DNA of 63,985 bases, filler included, from Welwitschia mirabilis (Eukaryota), in NCBI GenBank assembly GCA_051453625.1. It is 7 parts of one record of this genome, joined end to end, with 100 filler letters (N's around TTAATTAATTAA, not from the genome) between each part and the next. Parts side by side here need not be neighbours in the genome. Positions count along the whole stretch, not along the records: positions 1 to 29,908 come from JBOZIK010000001.1; 6 more parts are not named here. The stretch is one strand, 5' to 3'. The notes under the pieces were generated by a model that was given only the letters and a program-made list of their open reading frames with translations, ran no database searches and was not told the origin of the DNA. The translations under genes were made by a program, and so were the position numbers. The first letter of the stretch is position 1; every line of letters starts with the position of its first letter. Shown in pieces: positions 12,300 through 27,162 of this stretch.

Positions 12300-15200
12300 G
12301 ATTTTTTTTTTTTAAAGATATGAGGTTTAGTTTGGTAAAGCCTATTAACATTAAAAAATCAAAGGATCAGGGTGCCAACTGCAACCTTAAAACATTAGAG
12401 GAGTTTAATACCCAAGCTTCATCTAGCCTTTTTTAGTAAGAAATTAGAGAAATGCTGGTAAAAATGCTTGGAGGACTTCAAGTAGTTGGACTCTCTACTT
12501 CCCTACTAACTTTAATCTTTCTTGCAAAAATTGAAGATTTCTTGATTTTAGTTCTCTATTCTACTAAAGTTTTATGTGGAAAATGAAAATAGCATAGCAT
12601 TCTTTGGAAATAGAAAGAAGGGATGACAGTCTTGTGATTTTTACTGATGGCTAGACCTCTCTCATAGTCATGGAAGTAAAAGTCTCAATCATAGATGTCA
12701 TGTAAGATGTGTAGGTGGACTAACTATAATTCATTACATTCACTAAATGTTGTAAGAAAAGTATAGAAATAAGGGTAGGATCCACTTATAACTCGCTCTC
12801 TACATGCAAATGTAGATGAAGTATTTTAAAGAAAATGTAGCAGTCATTCAAATTACAAGAATGATGAATATAAAAAGACAAATTAAGTAGCCTAACTGAA
12901 TAAAGTATTTATCAATTAACTCAGTTCCTAAGCTCTAAGGGAGGAAAAAGCACTCTTTATCTTATGTGTCTATTGGAAAGTTTAGGGATGCCTCTTAAGA
13001 AGAAATGAAAGGCCTCTCTTCCTCCTTTTTAATAATCCTATCCCCTTCTAAAGGAATATCTAAAACATAAGCCAATAATTCCTTGATAACTTTGATTGAA
13101 ATTCTTCTAAAGGTGGCTTTGTCTTCTCTCCATCATCTATAAAATGAGGTAAAATTAGAAGTAGATTTTCCCTTTAGCTTGTGTAGTAGGAATTCCCATC
13201 CTAGGACCTGCACCTTATTCCATAGATCTGAGCATATCTTAAAAGAATTGGGTTTACTATTTCATGCATTAGAGAAACCCTCATTGCTACCCAAATTTGC
13301 AAGTGATACCACCAAATTCTTTTTGTTATATTAATAGGAAGAGAAGAGGGAATTATTGAAAATTAGATCATTATAAGTATGCCAAAACTGCCAAAATGTC
13401 AAGTGAATCCTGTCCAACATTTACCTTATAGTTTCTTATCTAGTCTTATAATAAGTTATTATTAATTTCATTAATCCATACTCCAGTTGCACTGATGGAA
13501 GAGATGGTGAATAACTTTCTGATTTGACTAGCAAATTGAACATATAGAAAAAACTTGAATGTCATGTTTGATTAATTGGTCTCTTGTTAAGAGTCTATTA
13601 TGGTCCTTGAGCTAGCAGAAGGTCTTAATTTTGTCAAGGATCTGCCCCTATTAGAATCTTTTATTAACTTCATCTTTACCATATTTCTTAACTAATATTG
13701 ATTTAGTTATGTCTTTATTAGTGGTGCCTAGTTACAATAGGCTCAAAGCTATGAAGTTCTCAAAATTTGTATTGTAATTACTTTCAAGGGTGCAGTGTTA
13801 TCAAACATTGCATTTTCCAGCCTTTTGAAGATATCAAAGTTAGTTGGGTTGATTTGAATAGTTAATATTCTTTCAAGCCACTCTTTTAATAGAGAAGATA
13901 GGTCTGGCATAAAGAAAATAGATTAGTCTAACTTAACCAAAACAAATAATCTTCATGACAGCAGTTTTCTATCCTAGGTGTCTAGTTAAGCTACCATGAT
14001 GGACTACAGACATTGTTAAATTCCAGATCTTTATTCCAAAACTTGGGTCTATGTAAATGTGCTAGCTGATGCACACAAAGAAGCTCTACCAATTTGAAGG
14101 ACATACAATAAGTTTCATGCACACACGGAAATATTAAAACCATTGTTGGCATTGTCTATATAACTAACATCAATTAAAGATAACAAAAATTTTCAACTAT
14201 TTAATTCATGCTTAATGGAGCCAAAACTCCTAGTTAAGGAGTGCATAACCTGTAATCATTGGGTCATACTGTGTAAGTTTTACTTATAAATAAAGGTCCT
14301 TTTATTTTCCCTTTAGCATAATTTAATCCTTAGCAGGCTAGTAGTAGAATATGCTCTATATAAAGCCCAAATGTTCCTTTATGTCTACAACATGTCCTTC
14401 TCAAATTATAAAAAAATGTTTGCTTCAGATGGTGTGTAGCAAAGGATCCACCCTTATTTTCCTTTAAGACATGGAAAGAGGTAGACACATAAGTAGAACT
14501 ATTAATGCTTGGAAATAATGGTTTCCTAATTGAATAAAATAGGTTTATGTTATAGACACTTAAGAGGACAATGATAATAGTATTTTTGCAAATGCAAAAG
14601 GTGATAAAAATGGAGGACTCTGAGAATAAGATAAATTTGAAAATGAAGACTAAGACATTGAAGTTTTAGCTAATGTTCTAGAAACACATGGTGTCAATGG
14701 AATCTATTGCAAAATATTTGAACTCAATGATGGTCCAAATAAAGAACTCAAATCGGAAAATAAAGATTATATTATTGATCCAATATGAACAACCTTAAAT
14801 GCATAGTATGAGCCAAGATTCTCTAAGCAATATTGTATATTTTCATGTATACTATTCAATTGTTTACTTAATGATTTAATCTGTTCTTCACATTTCTTAA
14901 ATTCAATCTTTAAAGTATGAAATTCATAACTACATCATCTATGCCTCTATGCTAGTAAAAGTAGTATGTCCTTAAGCTTATTGAAATAGATAAAATATAT
15001 ACTACCACTTAATGATTTCATGTATATTACTACTTTCATGAGTTGTCTTACATGTTAATTGCCTTTATTTCAAGTTCAACTTTAATTATTTGATGTTCAT
15101 TTGAACAAAATTTTTACATATTTCTCAATAAGTGATTTACATGAAGGTTACTTCTATAGTATTGTGTTTTTCAATCCTTAAGTGTAGTGGTTGTAATCAA

Positions 15201-16600
15201 TACCACTCCATTTGATACATCATATAACCTTGCAATTTAAAATTATCATATGCCATTCTGCAATCTTGATGAAATAGTTAATGGTAAGAATAATGGTCTC
15301 TTTTCAATTAAGGAATGATAGCATAAAGATATCTTATTCATTATACAATATGGGTGGAAGCACCCATCATAAGGAGCCAGGAAAAGAGGTAGTTCTAGGC
15401 ATCCAATATGGTATGTCTTTAGACAATCCTTTTCGTCATAATAAATAATTTCACTTCTTCTCTACATTTTCAATAGAAGTTACTATAATAACCTATGGGA
15501 AAGTCTCCTATAGATGCTTTTATTAGAGAAAGTAAATGTTCTTTACAAATATCATCTTCGTTTAGATGGTGAATCTTAAGGTGTCATTGGCCCAAATTTT
15601 AACCTCATAGCGTTAAGTTTATTACAATTAATTAGCTCTAGATATGGTTAAATGTATGCTAAGATCTATTCAAAACTCCTTCTTTAACTTATGTTATGAG
15701 ATCTGGATAATTGTCATTTTTAACTAAAACAATAATCATAACAGTGAACAAGGTAAAGAGAGATCTACAGTGGCATAGCATTAAATTACTATTTTGATTA
15801 AATGTAGCATTCCTTAAGGTGAAAGCAAGCTAGAAGCTTCTAACATGGCTTCTCCTTTAAGGTAATTTTATTAGATGCTTTAGAAAATTCTCTTCTTCTT
15901 ACGCATGTGATTTGTACACCAATCACTCTTTCCCATATGATTTTAAATCCTCTCTAGATTCCTTTCCTCTAGATAATTTTATTTTCTTGGGTATAAAGGG
16001 CATAGATATCATCATGTCTAGACCTTAAGGAACTAGTCATTTGTACCAAAGCATTTTACATAAAACCTAGAAGGGGCAATAAGCTTCAAAAAACTTTTAG
16101 CTTATTTAATAAGTCACTCAGCCTTTTTTTCTTTTTTTCCTATAATTAAATGTATTAGAAACCTCTGATAATACCATATAGCAAGATGTGTCTGCATGTA
16201 TTAAAATCATAGCATCACATATGAATTGGACTGAATAACATGGTCAATTTTAAGTAATGCTTAGTTCTCCATGATACACAATGAAAGGCAAAAAATATCG
16301 AGGATGTAAGTAAACTATGGTTGTGACTCAAAAGTGTCTTATAAAAATCACAATAATACTAATAGAAGCTTAACTGATTACTCAAAACCCCTTAAACCTT
16401 ATTATTCTTTAGTAATTAAAGCTTAACAATAATACTAACACAATAACTGATTTTAGTTTATTCCTTTCTATCATCCAAAAATCTCATAAGATGGGAGGCT
16501 AAAACCAAATAAATCGCACTAATACATTGTAAAGCTAAATGCATAGGGCCAATGAGAGAAATAGAAATGCATCATAATCATCAGTTCTCTAAGGCTTTTA
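12300..16600 (-). mobile_element. Highly decayed L1-type LINE ORF2 remnant
   Basis: Weak minus-strand motifs in the expected order: PSRF...FW (~16060, PFRF-like), FPGS (~15385, APGPDG-like), TLKIEFKK (~14905, LKIDF.KA-like), HLL.FAKNTII (~14595, FADD-like), FWN....VCSP (~14030), GFTKLN (~12335). Boundaries approximate. Confidence 0.55.
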
Positions 16601-18572
16601 AAATTTATTGAACATTTTTAAAAGACTCAAAATCCTATCTTGTAAGAGAAAAGTGAATTCTCAAATTTGGAACTTCAATTGTAACTTGCAGAGATGGATA
16701 ATGAGTGTAGAACTTTGACCTAGTTAGTAATAGAAAACATGCTACATTTGTCTTAGATGGGGTTCAACTTAAATGTTCTATGATGGGCCTATTGAATTTT
16801 TTCTCCTAATCATACATTAGAGGAAGTTGGATATAATTTTGATTTTTAAAATTTGAATGCAATCAAAATAGTGAAAGAAGGATAACCTGGAAACTAGATA
16901 AATTTGTATTTCACAGTGACTTTTTAAGTACTAAAGATTTGAAACTACCTTCCCTATTTGTTCTAAGTTCTAAAAATGCCCTAATTGATCTCTGGTATTT
17001 TTGGGTATACTAACTTTGTTGTGTTTACATGGACTTTTACCGCCTATTATAATGTGGTCTTTGCTATGTCCTCTATAAGTGTGACTGAAGTTGTCCTTAG
17101 TAAAATGTAGATCCCTCTTAGTAATAAATGCTAAAATTAGTTGTGAGAGATTTAAAAGGATGCTTGAAAGCCCCATGCTATAATTCTCATAAGATTTCTT
17201 TGCTTTGACTATGCTTTGAAAAAAATGGTAAGTGCATCAAAAGCAAGAAATCACAATAAAAGAAACAACAGCATGGTCAAAGGCTTTGCAATCAAATGAG
17301 CAACCACCACTTCTTGGAGTACTAATGTAAGTAGATGTATGAGGTACCCTGGTCCAACTTTTTAGTAGATCACTACTTTCTAAGTAATCAAAATTCCAAT
17401 CTTTCATCTATGCCTCCTTTCTCGCATCCAGGAATTACCACCTTTCTAATTGTGTTGCTTCTTCTGTTGAAGTATCAAAGTCTTCTATGATAGTGCTGAC
17501 CTCTTACTTTGATCTGTTCCCAGTGCTATGTATGCTACTACACTGCCTTTCTTCTTTAACTAACCCTGCTCAATGTGGTGTCCGTATTTCTAGAGTACTC
17601 TTTTTTAATGCACTTCCCTGTTTGTGATGCTATCTTTATGTGCACTAGTATCCTCTAGATCTATCATTGCCTCTTCCTATGATGTTATCTTCTCCTTTGA
17701 CCACTGTTTATCATGTTGCATTTTCCCTACTAGATCTTGCTAGCCATTGCTTTTGTTGTAGGCTGCTCAATAGACTTTCTACGGCAAGTAAGGCTTGTAA
17801 TTATAAAAGTTTTACCTTTTCCTTTTTCTCTAGGTTACATCCATAACTCAATTCTTACTCACAACAATAAAAGTAATAAAACAAATAAAAAACAAAAAAC
17901 AAAAGAAAAACTATAGCAAAATGTTGCAGGCCTAATGAATAAGCAAGAGGATGGCCTGCAACTCAATTTTTATTAAGGCACACAAATTTCTAACCAATGT
18001 ACAATTTTATATTTGGTAATTAGATCTTGAGATTTCGATCTACAACAAGCAAGCTTAAATTAGAGATAAATAACTTATAAAGAAGACAAAGGAATACCCT
18101 TTACTAAAACTGGAACTGTATGATGTATAGATCTAAGATTATCATTTTCATTTGAAGATTAAGTGAATAATGGTACCATTTAAAAGTTAAAAGCTCTTAT
18201 AAATTTATCTTTAATAACCTTGAAAAGTAAATATAGCATTAGAAAAATGTAATTTACTTCATATTAAATAGGGAAAACAAGCTAAAAGTTAAATAATGAA
18301 GTGTGGCTAAAGAATGGTATTTTTCATGTCCATTAGTAAATGTAACCATTCTTTCTCACAAACATGATAAAGGTTCAAGGGTGGCTTTTCTACCAAATCT
18401 GAATTATTATATTGGCTATGAACAAAAAAAGAAAAATAAAACTAAAACATATGCTGATTCTAATGTCACCTTTATTGAAGAAGAAGTTGTAAAATGCTGC
18501 TCTCTAAAAAAAACTTGAAAATTAAAATATTTAGAAATGAAATGTCTTGTATGTATGTGTGTGTCCGAGTGA

Positions 18573-18575
<3 letters not shown>

Positions 18576-18643
<68 letters not shown>

Positions 18644-18743
18644 NNNNNNNNNNNNNNNNNNNNNNNNNNNNNNNNNNNNNNNNNNNNNNNNNNNNNNNNN
18701 NNNNNNNNNNNNNNNNNNNNNNNNNNNNNNNNNNNNNNNNNNN

Positions 18744-18774
<31 letters not shown>

Positions 18775-18785
18775 GCGTGTGTGTG
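18576..18785. repeat. (GT)n microsatellite spanning a 100-N gap
   Basis: GT run on both sides of the gap at 18644-18743. Confidence 0.97.
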
Positions 18786-19739
18786 AAGCTATTTAGGATG
18801 CTATCAGTATCAAAGTTCTTCATTTTAATCTCTTGAAATATGAAATATAAATCTGGTGCTTCAATCATTTAAAGAATGAAATAATAAGAGAAGAAAAAGA
18901 AGAAGCTTTTTCATTCTTCTTTCTGACATCCTGAGTCTCAGCTCCTTGAGTTTACAGGCCTGGAGAACCTACCCCTTCCACACCCAAGCACAAAGGAAAG
19001 CAGGAAAGGAAATTGAAGGAAATGAAATGCAACATGCAAGTGTTAGAGTAATACATATGAATTAGGGCAACTAAGCCAAGATGAACATGTGAAGTGAAAT
19101 AAAAGATAAAACCTGCAAAAATGAAAGAAATGACTTTTTTAATAAAGTGATCTTTCTAACTATTTTTTGATGTTTGTTTCCTTAAATGCCTTAAGAAGAT
19201 AAATTATTTAAGGTATTTATTACATTAATGTCTCGAAAATTTGAAATGGCTTCCATTAGCTTTATTTAATGTGTTTGTTAAAATAAATATCTTAAAAAGC
19301 TCTATACTTAAGGTCTTTATTAAAGTAAACACCTTAAAAGCCTATGTTTCTAGTAGTAATCTTAAGTTCCTTACTGTAGTTGTCGTCATAAGTGTAAATG
19401 AATGATGTAATGATGGGGGATCCAAGGACAAAAGATGTAAGCACTATAAGCTCCTTTGAAAATGATACCTTTGATTATTTATGAGAAGTTCAAATCACTT
19501 ATGCATTCTTTGTTCTGTGTAAGATGTATTCATTGTGTGCCAAATAACTATAATCATTGAAGTGCCAAAAGTTATGTAATTTTTTTGTTCCAAAACATTA
19601 TATGATCTATTATGTAAAATTGATCCTTTTTGCCATTAAATAAAAAGTAGTTATTTAATCATAAATAATATCCATTTAAAGTTTGTAACTATTTTGTAAT
19701 GGATAGAAAATGTGTAGGTGTTGGGTGTGTATCTTCTTT

Positions 19740-20190
19740 TTTAATATACGTGAACTTTACTCCAAGATGTCTTCAAATTTTTAGGCATCTACTAGTAGTC
19801 AGAAGCATTTACCTAGTAGACGTATTTAGTTATCTTACTTAAAAATTAATGGAAATTGATTTATATAATCTTTAAGCCTCTGTGATCATGAATCTATGAT
19901 TTAAATTTTTATAGCTTAACTAAAACATAAAATATTGGTCAAAATCTAAAATAACTCTATTACCTGATCTAATTCAATATAAACATCTTCACACATATAG
20001 ACGTTTTCATCTATGTTAGGTTCAACTTTTAGCATAGTCATCTTTGGTGAGATAGTTGTCTTTAACCTATGACCTAAAAGCTGATACATCATAAATGTCT
20101 TTAATATGTAGACATCTTTAACTTATACATCTTCAATTTTTTAAACATTTTTTATCAAGAGCTGGTATTCTTTGCAATGATCTGTCTACA
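19740..20190. mobile_element. LTR-like fragment with degenerate TAGACGTCTA motifs
   Basis: Repeated aagatgtctt, ggcatcta, tagacgtat, tagacgttt and tagacatctt, the same motif class as at 2490-2820. Confidence 0.45.
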
Positions 20191-20749
20191 TAATCATAAA
20201 AAATATTTGACAAGTAAAATAACCAAAACGAGATTTTCCAATACATAACACTCAGGAATAAAGGATCTTACATTGTTAAACATAGAATGCACCTTATTTT
20301 AGAATATTAAAAATTTATTTCGCTTAAAAATTATGAGAAAGATATGCATTAAATTTAGAACTATATTTTTAATTCTATTAAAAACATATTTTCAATATAC
20401 AAATTCCTTCCAATGAAAGACAATATTTTAATAATTCCAAATATTCCATCCATATGATGTAGATAAATTTATCCCAAATTTTAACTAAGATTACAAGTAA
20501 TGTTTAGAAGATATAAATTACAAGTTTTAAGAGATATAAAATAAAAATTAAAATTCAATAAGAAGAAAGACAAATATAGAATAAGAAAATATAAGATAAT
20601 AAGCCAAAATAAGTTCAACCATCATGAAAATAAAGTACTTAAATCCTAAATCCTAACTTCTCAAAACTTGACACTTATTTTAATAGAAAAAAAGAGTGTA
20701 AATATTTTGTAGAAATCAAATAAATTACTCTAATTCTTTGGTCCTTTGA

Positions 20750-21240
20750 TAAATATTGGGAAAAAAACTATGCTTAATAACTTTGAAATTATCCAACTTA
20801 ATGAATAAAAATAGACACATTGCATTGGAACATATTCTATTTAAAGTTGACACTTATTAATAGTTTATCATTCCAATCTAAAACTTTATAATTATTAATC
20901 AAGAAAACATAATAGTTCTATTTGAATAACATATATGAAAATGGTAATATACTATTTGAAATTAATATATCATAGCTATAGTTTCAAGCATGAACTTAAA
21001 AAATGGTTGCAAAGTAATAATACTTGATAATGTAATACTCACAACACACTCTGAGATATACCTCCTTCTACCTTGGATTCCTCCCATTATCGATTGATTA
21101 TTTCTAAACTAATAACCTCACTTTTATCATGAGTGATAAGACTCGTTAAATAGAATAGAGGCTATTAAGCAACTTTGCCCCTGGTGCAATAATTCTATAG
21201 ATAGATTATGAGTAATTATCAAAAGTTTTTAATAATATAA
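20750..21240 (+). mobile_element. Possible LINE RT C-terminal remnant
   Basis: FYLGFLPLS at ~21066 resembles the LINE YLG.PL motif; upstream IYENGNILF weakly resembles YADD..IF. Confidence 0.3.
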
Positions 21241-21549
21241 ATTAATATTTTATTTTTCTTTTGATAATTAGTTTTCTTTTTGTTTTTCTCTTTCTATTTT
21301 TGTTTTTCTCCTCACAAACATGAAAAGATACTTTATGCATTATCAAAGTATTAATAACTTACGGCCTTAATAAAAATAAAGTCATTGAAGAAATAAGACA
21401 TACAATATAAATAGCTTAATTAATCATTTTTCCTCTTCTANNNNNNNNNNNNNNNNNNNNNNNNNNNNNNNNNNNNNNNNNNNNNNNNNNNNNNNNNNNN
21501 NNNNNNNNNNNNNNNNNNNNNNNATTAAATATATTACATCATAAAAGAC

Positions 21550-24500
21550 TAAAGTAAAATCAAGTTAATAGCTATTGAAAAAGAAAAACTATTTGAATAA
21601 TTACATTTACATAAGGGTAAGTGGTAGAAATCTTCTTAAGAAAAAAAAAAGTCTTCATTAAATCAATTACTACTAGTAGAATGTAACTTCTTTGCTTTGC
21701 ATTTATTCATATGTCAATAAGATAAACATTTTAACATAGTTATTACATTATAGCTTTTTTCTAAAAAATTAAGGATGAAACCATATGGGAATCAATTGAT
21801 AAAACATGAAAGGTATATGATCATTTTTGAATAAAATCAATGAGTGAGAAAAAAAAATATTAATAATACCTTAATGGCACAAATTTCATAATCCAAATAA
21901 GAGACGAAGAATTGATAAATTTTCATTGAAAAATAATCTCTTATTAAATTGATGCAAAACAGGATTATCATTCCATGATTTATTAATGTCACTACTGAAG
22001 GAATGGATCCAAGAAATATTAGAAGGCTTCTTAGAATGATTGATTAGAATATCTTTATTAAGACTAAGGAGTTCCCTAAGATTCAATTCAAGGCATGGAT
22101 TTAGATAAAAAAGAATAGGATTTTTATAATTTAATATTCTAAGAAATCCTAAATCATATTTTTAAAAAGTAGAAGGTAACATGAATATAGGATTAGAAGA
22201 AAGAATAGTATGTTAATTTTTGCTTAAAGACATAAGTGGAACAGATAGAGAAATATTTTTAATAGGATTAAACTCCTTAAAATTGATTACTGCATGGGAT
22301 GTAAGAAGTCTATCCTTTATTAGGTTTTGTTGAATCTATGTAAAATTTTCCTTATCCTTGTTATCCTTATTATTTACATTATTGCAACATTTTCCAAGTT
22401 ATTAAATTCATAAAAATCTCAAAAAAGGAAATGTGATCACTTATCACATGTTGGAAATTTTTAGGTTAATCTAGAATTGATTTTCTAATAGTAAGTGAAT
22501 ATTGTAAATATAATCTAATATATTATATCATAATCTGATAAATCATCATCCTCATCATTCTTATTTAACTAGTGAGTTAAAACTTCATTGTCATCATATT
22601 ATATATCATCTATTAGACATTGACCATATAAATATTCCTTGTTAAAATAGACTTTATTACATGTGGAGCTATTTTGATGTTTAATTCTTCATTCTTAAGG
22701 TTAGAAATGTAAGACATAGTGGTGTAGGCTTTGAAATGTTGTATTACAAGAGAATCTTAAGGTATTTTATTTTTCAAAAGAAATTTGTGAAAGTATGTCT
22801 ATAAGAGATGCAATGTTTTGGTTGGTAGTCTCTTGTATTTCCTTCATATTCTTGTTAATGGCCTTTTACATTTTCTTGTATTCTTCTATTTGAATCATGA
22901 AGTAAATCTTATTGGTTGCTTTGATGGATAAAATAACTTTTTAGGTATAATAAATCTATTTCTTTTTACATTCCTCTATGAAAGGGGTTTAGGTATGCTA
23001 AATCGATTATAAAATGCTTTTCTAAATGAAGTAGGAGCCCCAAAATGTTAAAAATTCTCATCATTATTCCTACATGAATACTAAAAAGAAGAATTAAAAA
23101 AAGAGAAAGGTTAAAAAGAGGAAGGGATTCAATTCCCAGATTCAACATTATTTTTCATTCGTAACTTTCTTTTTATTTTTGCAAATATTACACATAGTAT
23201 TCTTTTACCATTATCCATAGATGGAAACGGAAATAAGAATAATTAATTTGGATAGTAAGTAAGATAATAATGAGGATTTCACAAAGCACAAGATATAGAT
23301 AAACCTCACTAACAAAGAATTTAGTAATATGAAAAGCTTGAGATAAACATAAATTTTAGGTGGTAATCTTCAAGATCAAATTAGGTAAAAAGAGCAATAT
23401 TAAAGTGTTAGTATTCAAGTCTCCATGTACAGAGTAAAACTAACATAGAAAGAAAAACTAAGAAAATTAAAATGCAACCTAAACTAAAAAAACAAAAGTG
23501 CAAGATAATTTAAGAAAAGGGAAAATTATATGTAAACTACATAAGTAAAAAATTTGAAATCAAATTAGTCACTTATGTAATAAGAATTAAACTTCTAAAA
23601 ATTTTAAAACTCCTTTTTACAATTAGCACCAATTTGTTGGAGTGAAGATCATATGCTTTTCTTCTTCAATTAATCATCTTTAATAATAATCTATAATCTT
23701 AAGTATTTAACTAACACAAACACATGCTTATATAGGGAGTTAACGTAATGTTATGCTCTAGAGAGAAATACAAAGTACATCTAGAAACTTTATTTAAAAA
23801 TGAATTGAAATGATTTTCTAGTTAATTTTATAATGATAAATAAGTGACAGTTTAATCCTAAATGCAATGCAAGAATAAAATAAAATATTACATGTAGTTT
23901 ACTAACCAAGTTAATGAATCTACCATTACCTAGACTGATTCTTATAATCTATATTAATTACAAATTAATATTACTTTAATTATAACTTAAACTATAGAGA
24001 AGATAAGAGAACAATTAGTAAACATAAAATGATCTTTTATTACTCATAATTTCCTTACATTATCTTAAAAGTAGTCACTCCTTAATAGATAAAACATAGC
24101 CTAGCACTAACATAAACTTTTCTTGTAAGGTAGATGAACCCCTTGCTAAATTGAACTTTAATTTATCACAAAAATAATTGAAGCATAAAATATGAAAAAT
24201 GGGGAATTTAAGTTCGTATTTATAGTTTTGAATTAATAATTTAGGTCACAAAGGAATAGTAATTGGCCAAGAGTAATCATATCACTAATTTTGTAATGTA
24301 TAAAATATATTTTTACATTTATTAGAGTTGTTATACTACTGGGTATTATCTAGACAAGGAGATGGATGACATGTGATCTTTTCTTTAATAGCTAAGTATC
24401 CTTCACATGTCTTCTTGATTTAACACCTAAGCTTCATTTACCTATGCTTCATCTAGATGACCAAGTGGATGACTATCAATGAAAAATAAAGTTTTTATTA

Positions 24501-25054
24501 TCATTGAGTGTTGTCCAGATGATATAATGCATAACTATCAGTAGAAAAATGAATTTTTTGTTTACGTATACTATTTCTCATCCTCTAAGTGTTGTTCAGA
24601 TGAGAAGGTGGGTAACAACTATAGTAACTGATATAGTAACCTATTATAGTAACTCTACTATAGTAACTTTATTATAGTAACTTGGTGTTGTGCTAGGTAT
24701 CATCTAGAAGACATGATGGACAACAACTAGATTATTTGCTATAGTAATCCACTATAAAACCCCTAATAAAGTAACATAATATAGTAATTCTTATATAGTA
24801 CTTACCTAGATGATGCACTTTTCTCATCTAAATCATCTCTAGTCATCATCTCTTATTCTAAAATTAACTTCTCAGGTTCTAAAGCATAAAAAACAACTTT
24901 AAAAGCATCATATTAATCTTTATTAAGCATCATAATGATAGCTATTTTAATGGCATTACATTAAGCTATTTAATCCTCATCTAAATGTCAGAACTCTAAA
25001 TAGATGTAAAACATACTCCAAACATGATGTAAAATATGGTCAATTTAGCATACA
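21550..25054 (-). mobile_element. Athila-like element: 5' LTR (~25054-23635), PBS and eroded gag-linker region
   Basis: On the minus strand the LTR ends ccaaCA, followed by aatTGGTGCTAATTG (a deaminated TGGCGCCGTTG-type PBS); ctataaata at ~24220. The peptide KEIQETTNQNIASLIDILSQI (~22790-22850) parallels the linker at 3520-3600. Confidence 0.6.
24617..24805. repeat. Short tandem array of TATAGTAAC units (~13-14 bp period) inside the LTR
   Basis: Five consecutive atagtaac units at 24620-24682, plus further copies at ~24740-24803. Confidence 0.85.
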
Positions 25055-25477
25055 ATAATTACTCAAAAGTATATTTATAAATAAAAAAGTTAAATGGATA
25101 ATAAAATAACTTACACATGTATTTTTGATTACTCATTTATTACATTAGAGAAAATATCAGAGAGAAAAGATATGGTACTACATCCTTTTACATTGAGTTT
25201 AATTGTTTTCTATAGTATTTTGATTAGAGATGGAAGGTACAACTATGCAACCATGCAAACTTGTGTTATTTATTACTTAGGTTAACCATGCATAATCTTT
25301 TAACTACTAATTTTTTATTAGCATGTTTATTTTAAATGCTATAAATATCATGTTATTTTAATACATTTTTTTGAATCAAATAAAAGAGCATAATGGATAT
25401 TTTCATATCCCTTATGAATTTCCCTAATTTTCTATTTTTCATTTCCCACATTTGCCATGCACCTTCTAGTATTTTGA

Positions 25478-26700
25478 TGTTGTTAAAACTATATCCATAT
25501 TTATCTTCCATATCCCTTCTATCCTAGGCTATTCTTAGTTCATGTATTACTATATATTATATTTTTATAATTAATTTAGATGGGATACTATTAATGGTCA
25601 ATGTACACTCCCCATGTGGGCTCTCCCCATAACTTTTAGAACCTCTTATATCTTTTAATTAGTATCAAAGCCTACTATTATATAACCTTAATATCTAGGC
25701 ATAGAAAGAATTCAAGCTCCATTGATAATTTATGGCTTTATCATCTATGACTACATTGGTTAAGCAAACATATTAGATTTGAGATGAGGCATGACAATGA
25801 AATTCTTACTTACATCTCTTTCTTACTATTGAATTCCTCCATATCATTCCAAAAATAGAAGCAAAAGTATTCTAGAATATTTATCCATCTAATGAGTCAT
25901 CTATTATTATTGTATTTTAAGAGGATATCAAATAACTATTTTTTCAAAGCTCATAAATAAGCAATAATGTGCCTTTAAGCATGTGATCTAATAAGAATAT
26001 CACCTAAGAATCTAAAATTATTTTGTGATTTCCTATGATGAGGAAGTCATGATTCATCATTGAATCATCTATGGGTATCATAATATAAACATACTTATGT
26101 ATAGCTATAAATAAGTGGTAGTACTTAAAGTATTCTATTATTATAACATCATAGTTGAGCATAAATAGTTTAGTTGTTTTTGGATTGATCTTGAAATGTG
26201 CTACTATTGGCAATTTTAGTTGGCTATGCAATCTTTGACTCATATTAGAAATAATAAGAAGAATAAGCAAATTCTATATCTATAAGTGGATAAATAAATG
26301 AGATTATTATGGATATGCATTATATAGAGGAGAGTTTAAAATAATTCATGGCATGGTGCATGACAGCTATACTACTTGAAAATGTATAGAGTTAGTTTTT
26401 AGTTTAATTCTAAAATGACTGACATCATCATGTTCACTTTGATTTGTTTGATGAAAATCTTATTTATGGGTCTATTGGCAATATTAGTGGTAATGTCCAA
26501 GGCATCATTTGTTGTGTCCTTATAAAATATAAAAAATATTATATTTCTAAAGAATTTACGAAGGAATCAATCCTAATAGTATGTCCAAGTTCCCTATTAT
26601 TAGCATATAGGTGCTTAATATGATTCATTTTAGAGGCAAAAATTATTAAAGCTATAGTTTAAAGGGGGTAAATTTCAAAAATAAAATTAAAATAATCATT
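25478..26700 (+). mobile_element. Very decayed Copia fragment (short LTR, PBS, possible gag remnant)
   Basis: tagtatcaaagcc at ~25660 resembles the tRNA-iMet PBS TGGTATCAGAGCC; a TATA-like ctatatat lies upstream. The downstream coding signal is weak. Confidence 0.4.
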
Positions 26701-27162
26701 ATTTAAGATACCATCAATATTATTTTGAAGATATTTATGGTTATAAAAGTTATCTTAGAATGGAAGAATACATCTTATTATTTTTAGGTGAGTTCCATTT
26801 ATGTGAGTAGGATGTGTTCCTATGACACTCTCTTTACTCTTACCCTAATTAAGCACTATTATTTTTTTCCTTTTCCTTTCTTATTTAATATTTTTATCCA
26901 ATAGACATAATGGAATCTAGGACCAAATTCTGCTTACTCCTTTATTAGAAAATCTACACTGTAAGAAAGACAAATCATATTAATATCATATTTTTACCAA
27001 TAATTAATTTCTAGGTTATTTTAGTTTACAAACAATAGCAATTTCATAAGTTTGTATTCTTCATTTCTTCCTAGCTTTTTATCATATAAAAGATATCTTT
27101 ATTATAGTTAAGGAGATGTAAACATGTTGTCAACATACATGGATAAATTTTAAGAATAATAA

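Noticed and set aside
18416..18868. HT- and CV-repeat ORFs
   Set aside because: These are translations of the (GT)n microsatellite and Ns.
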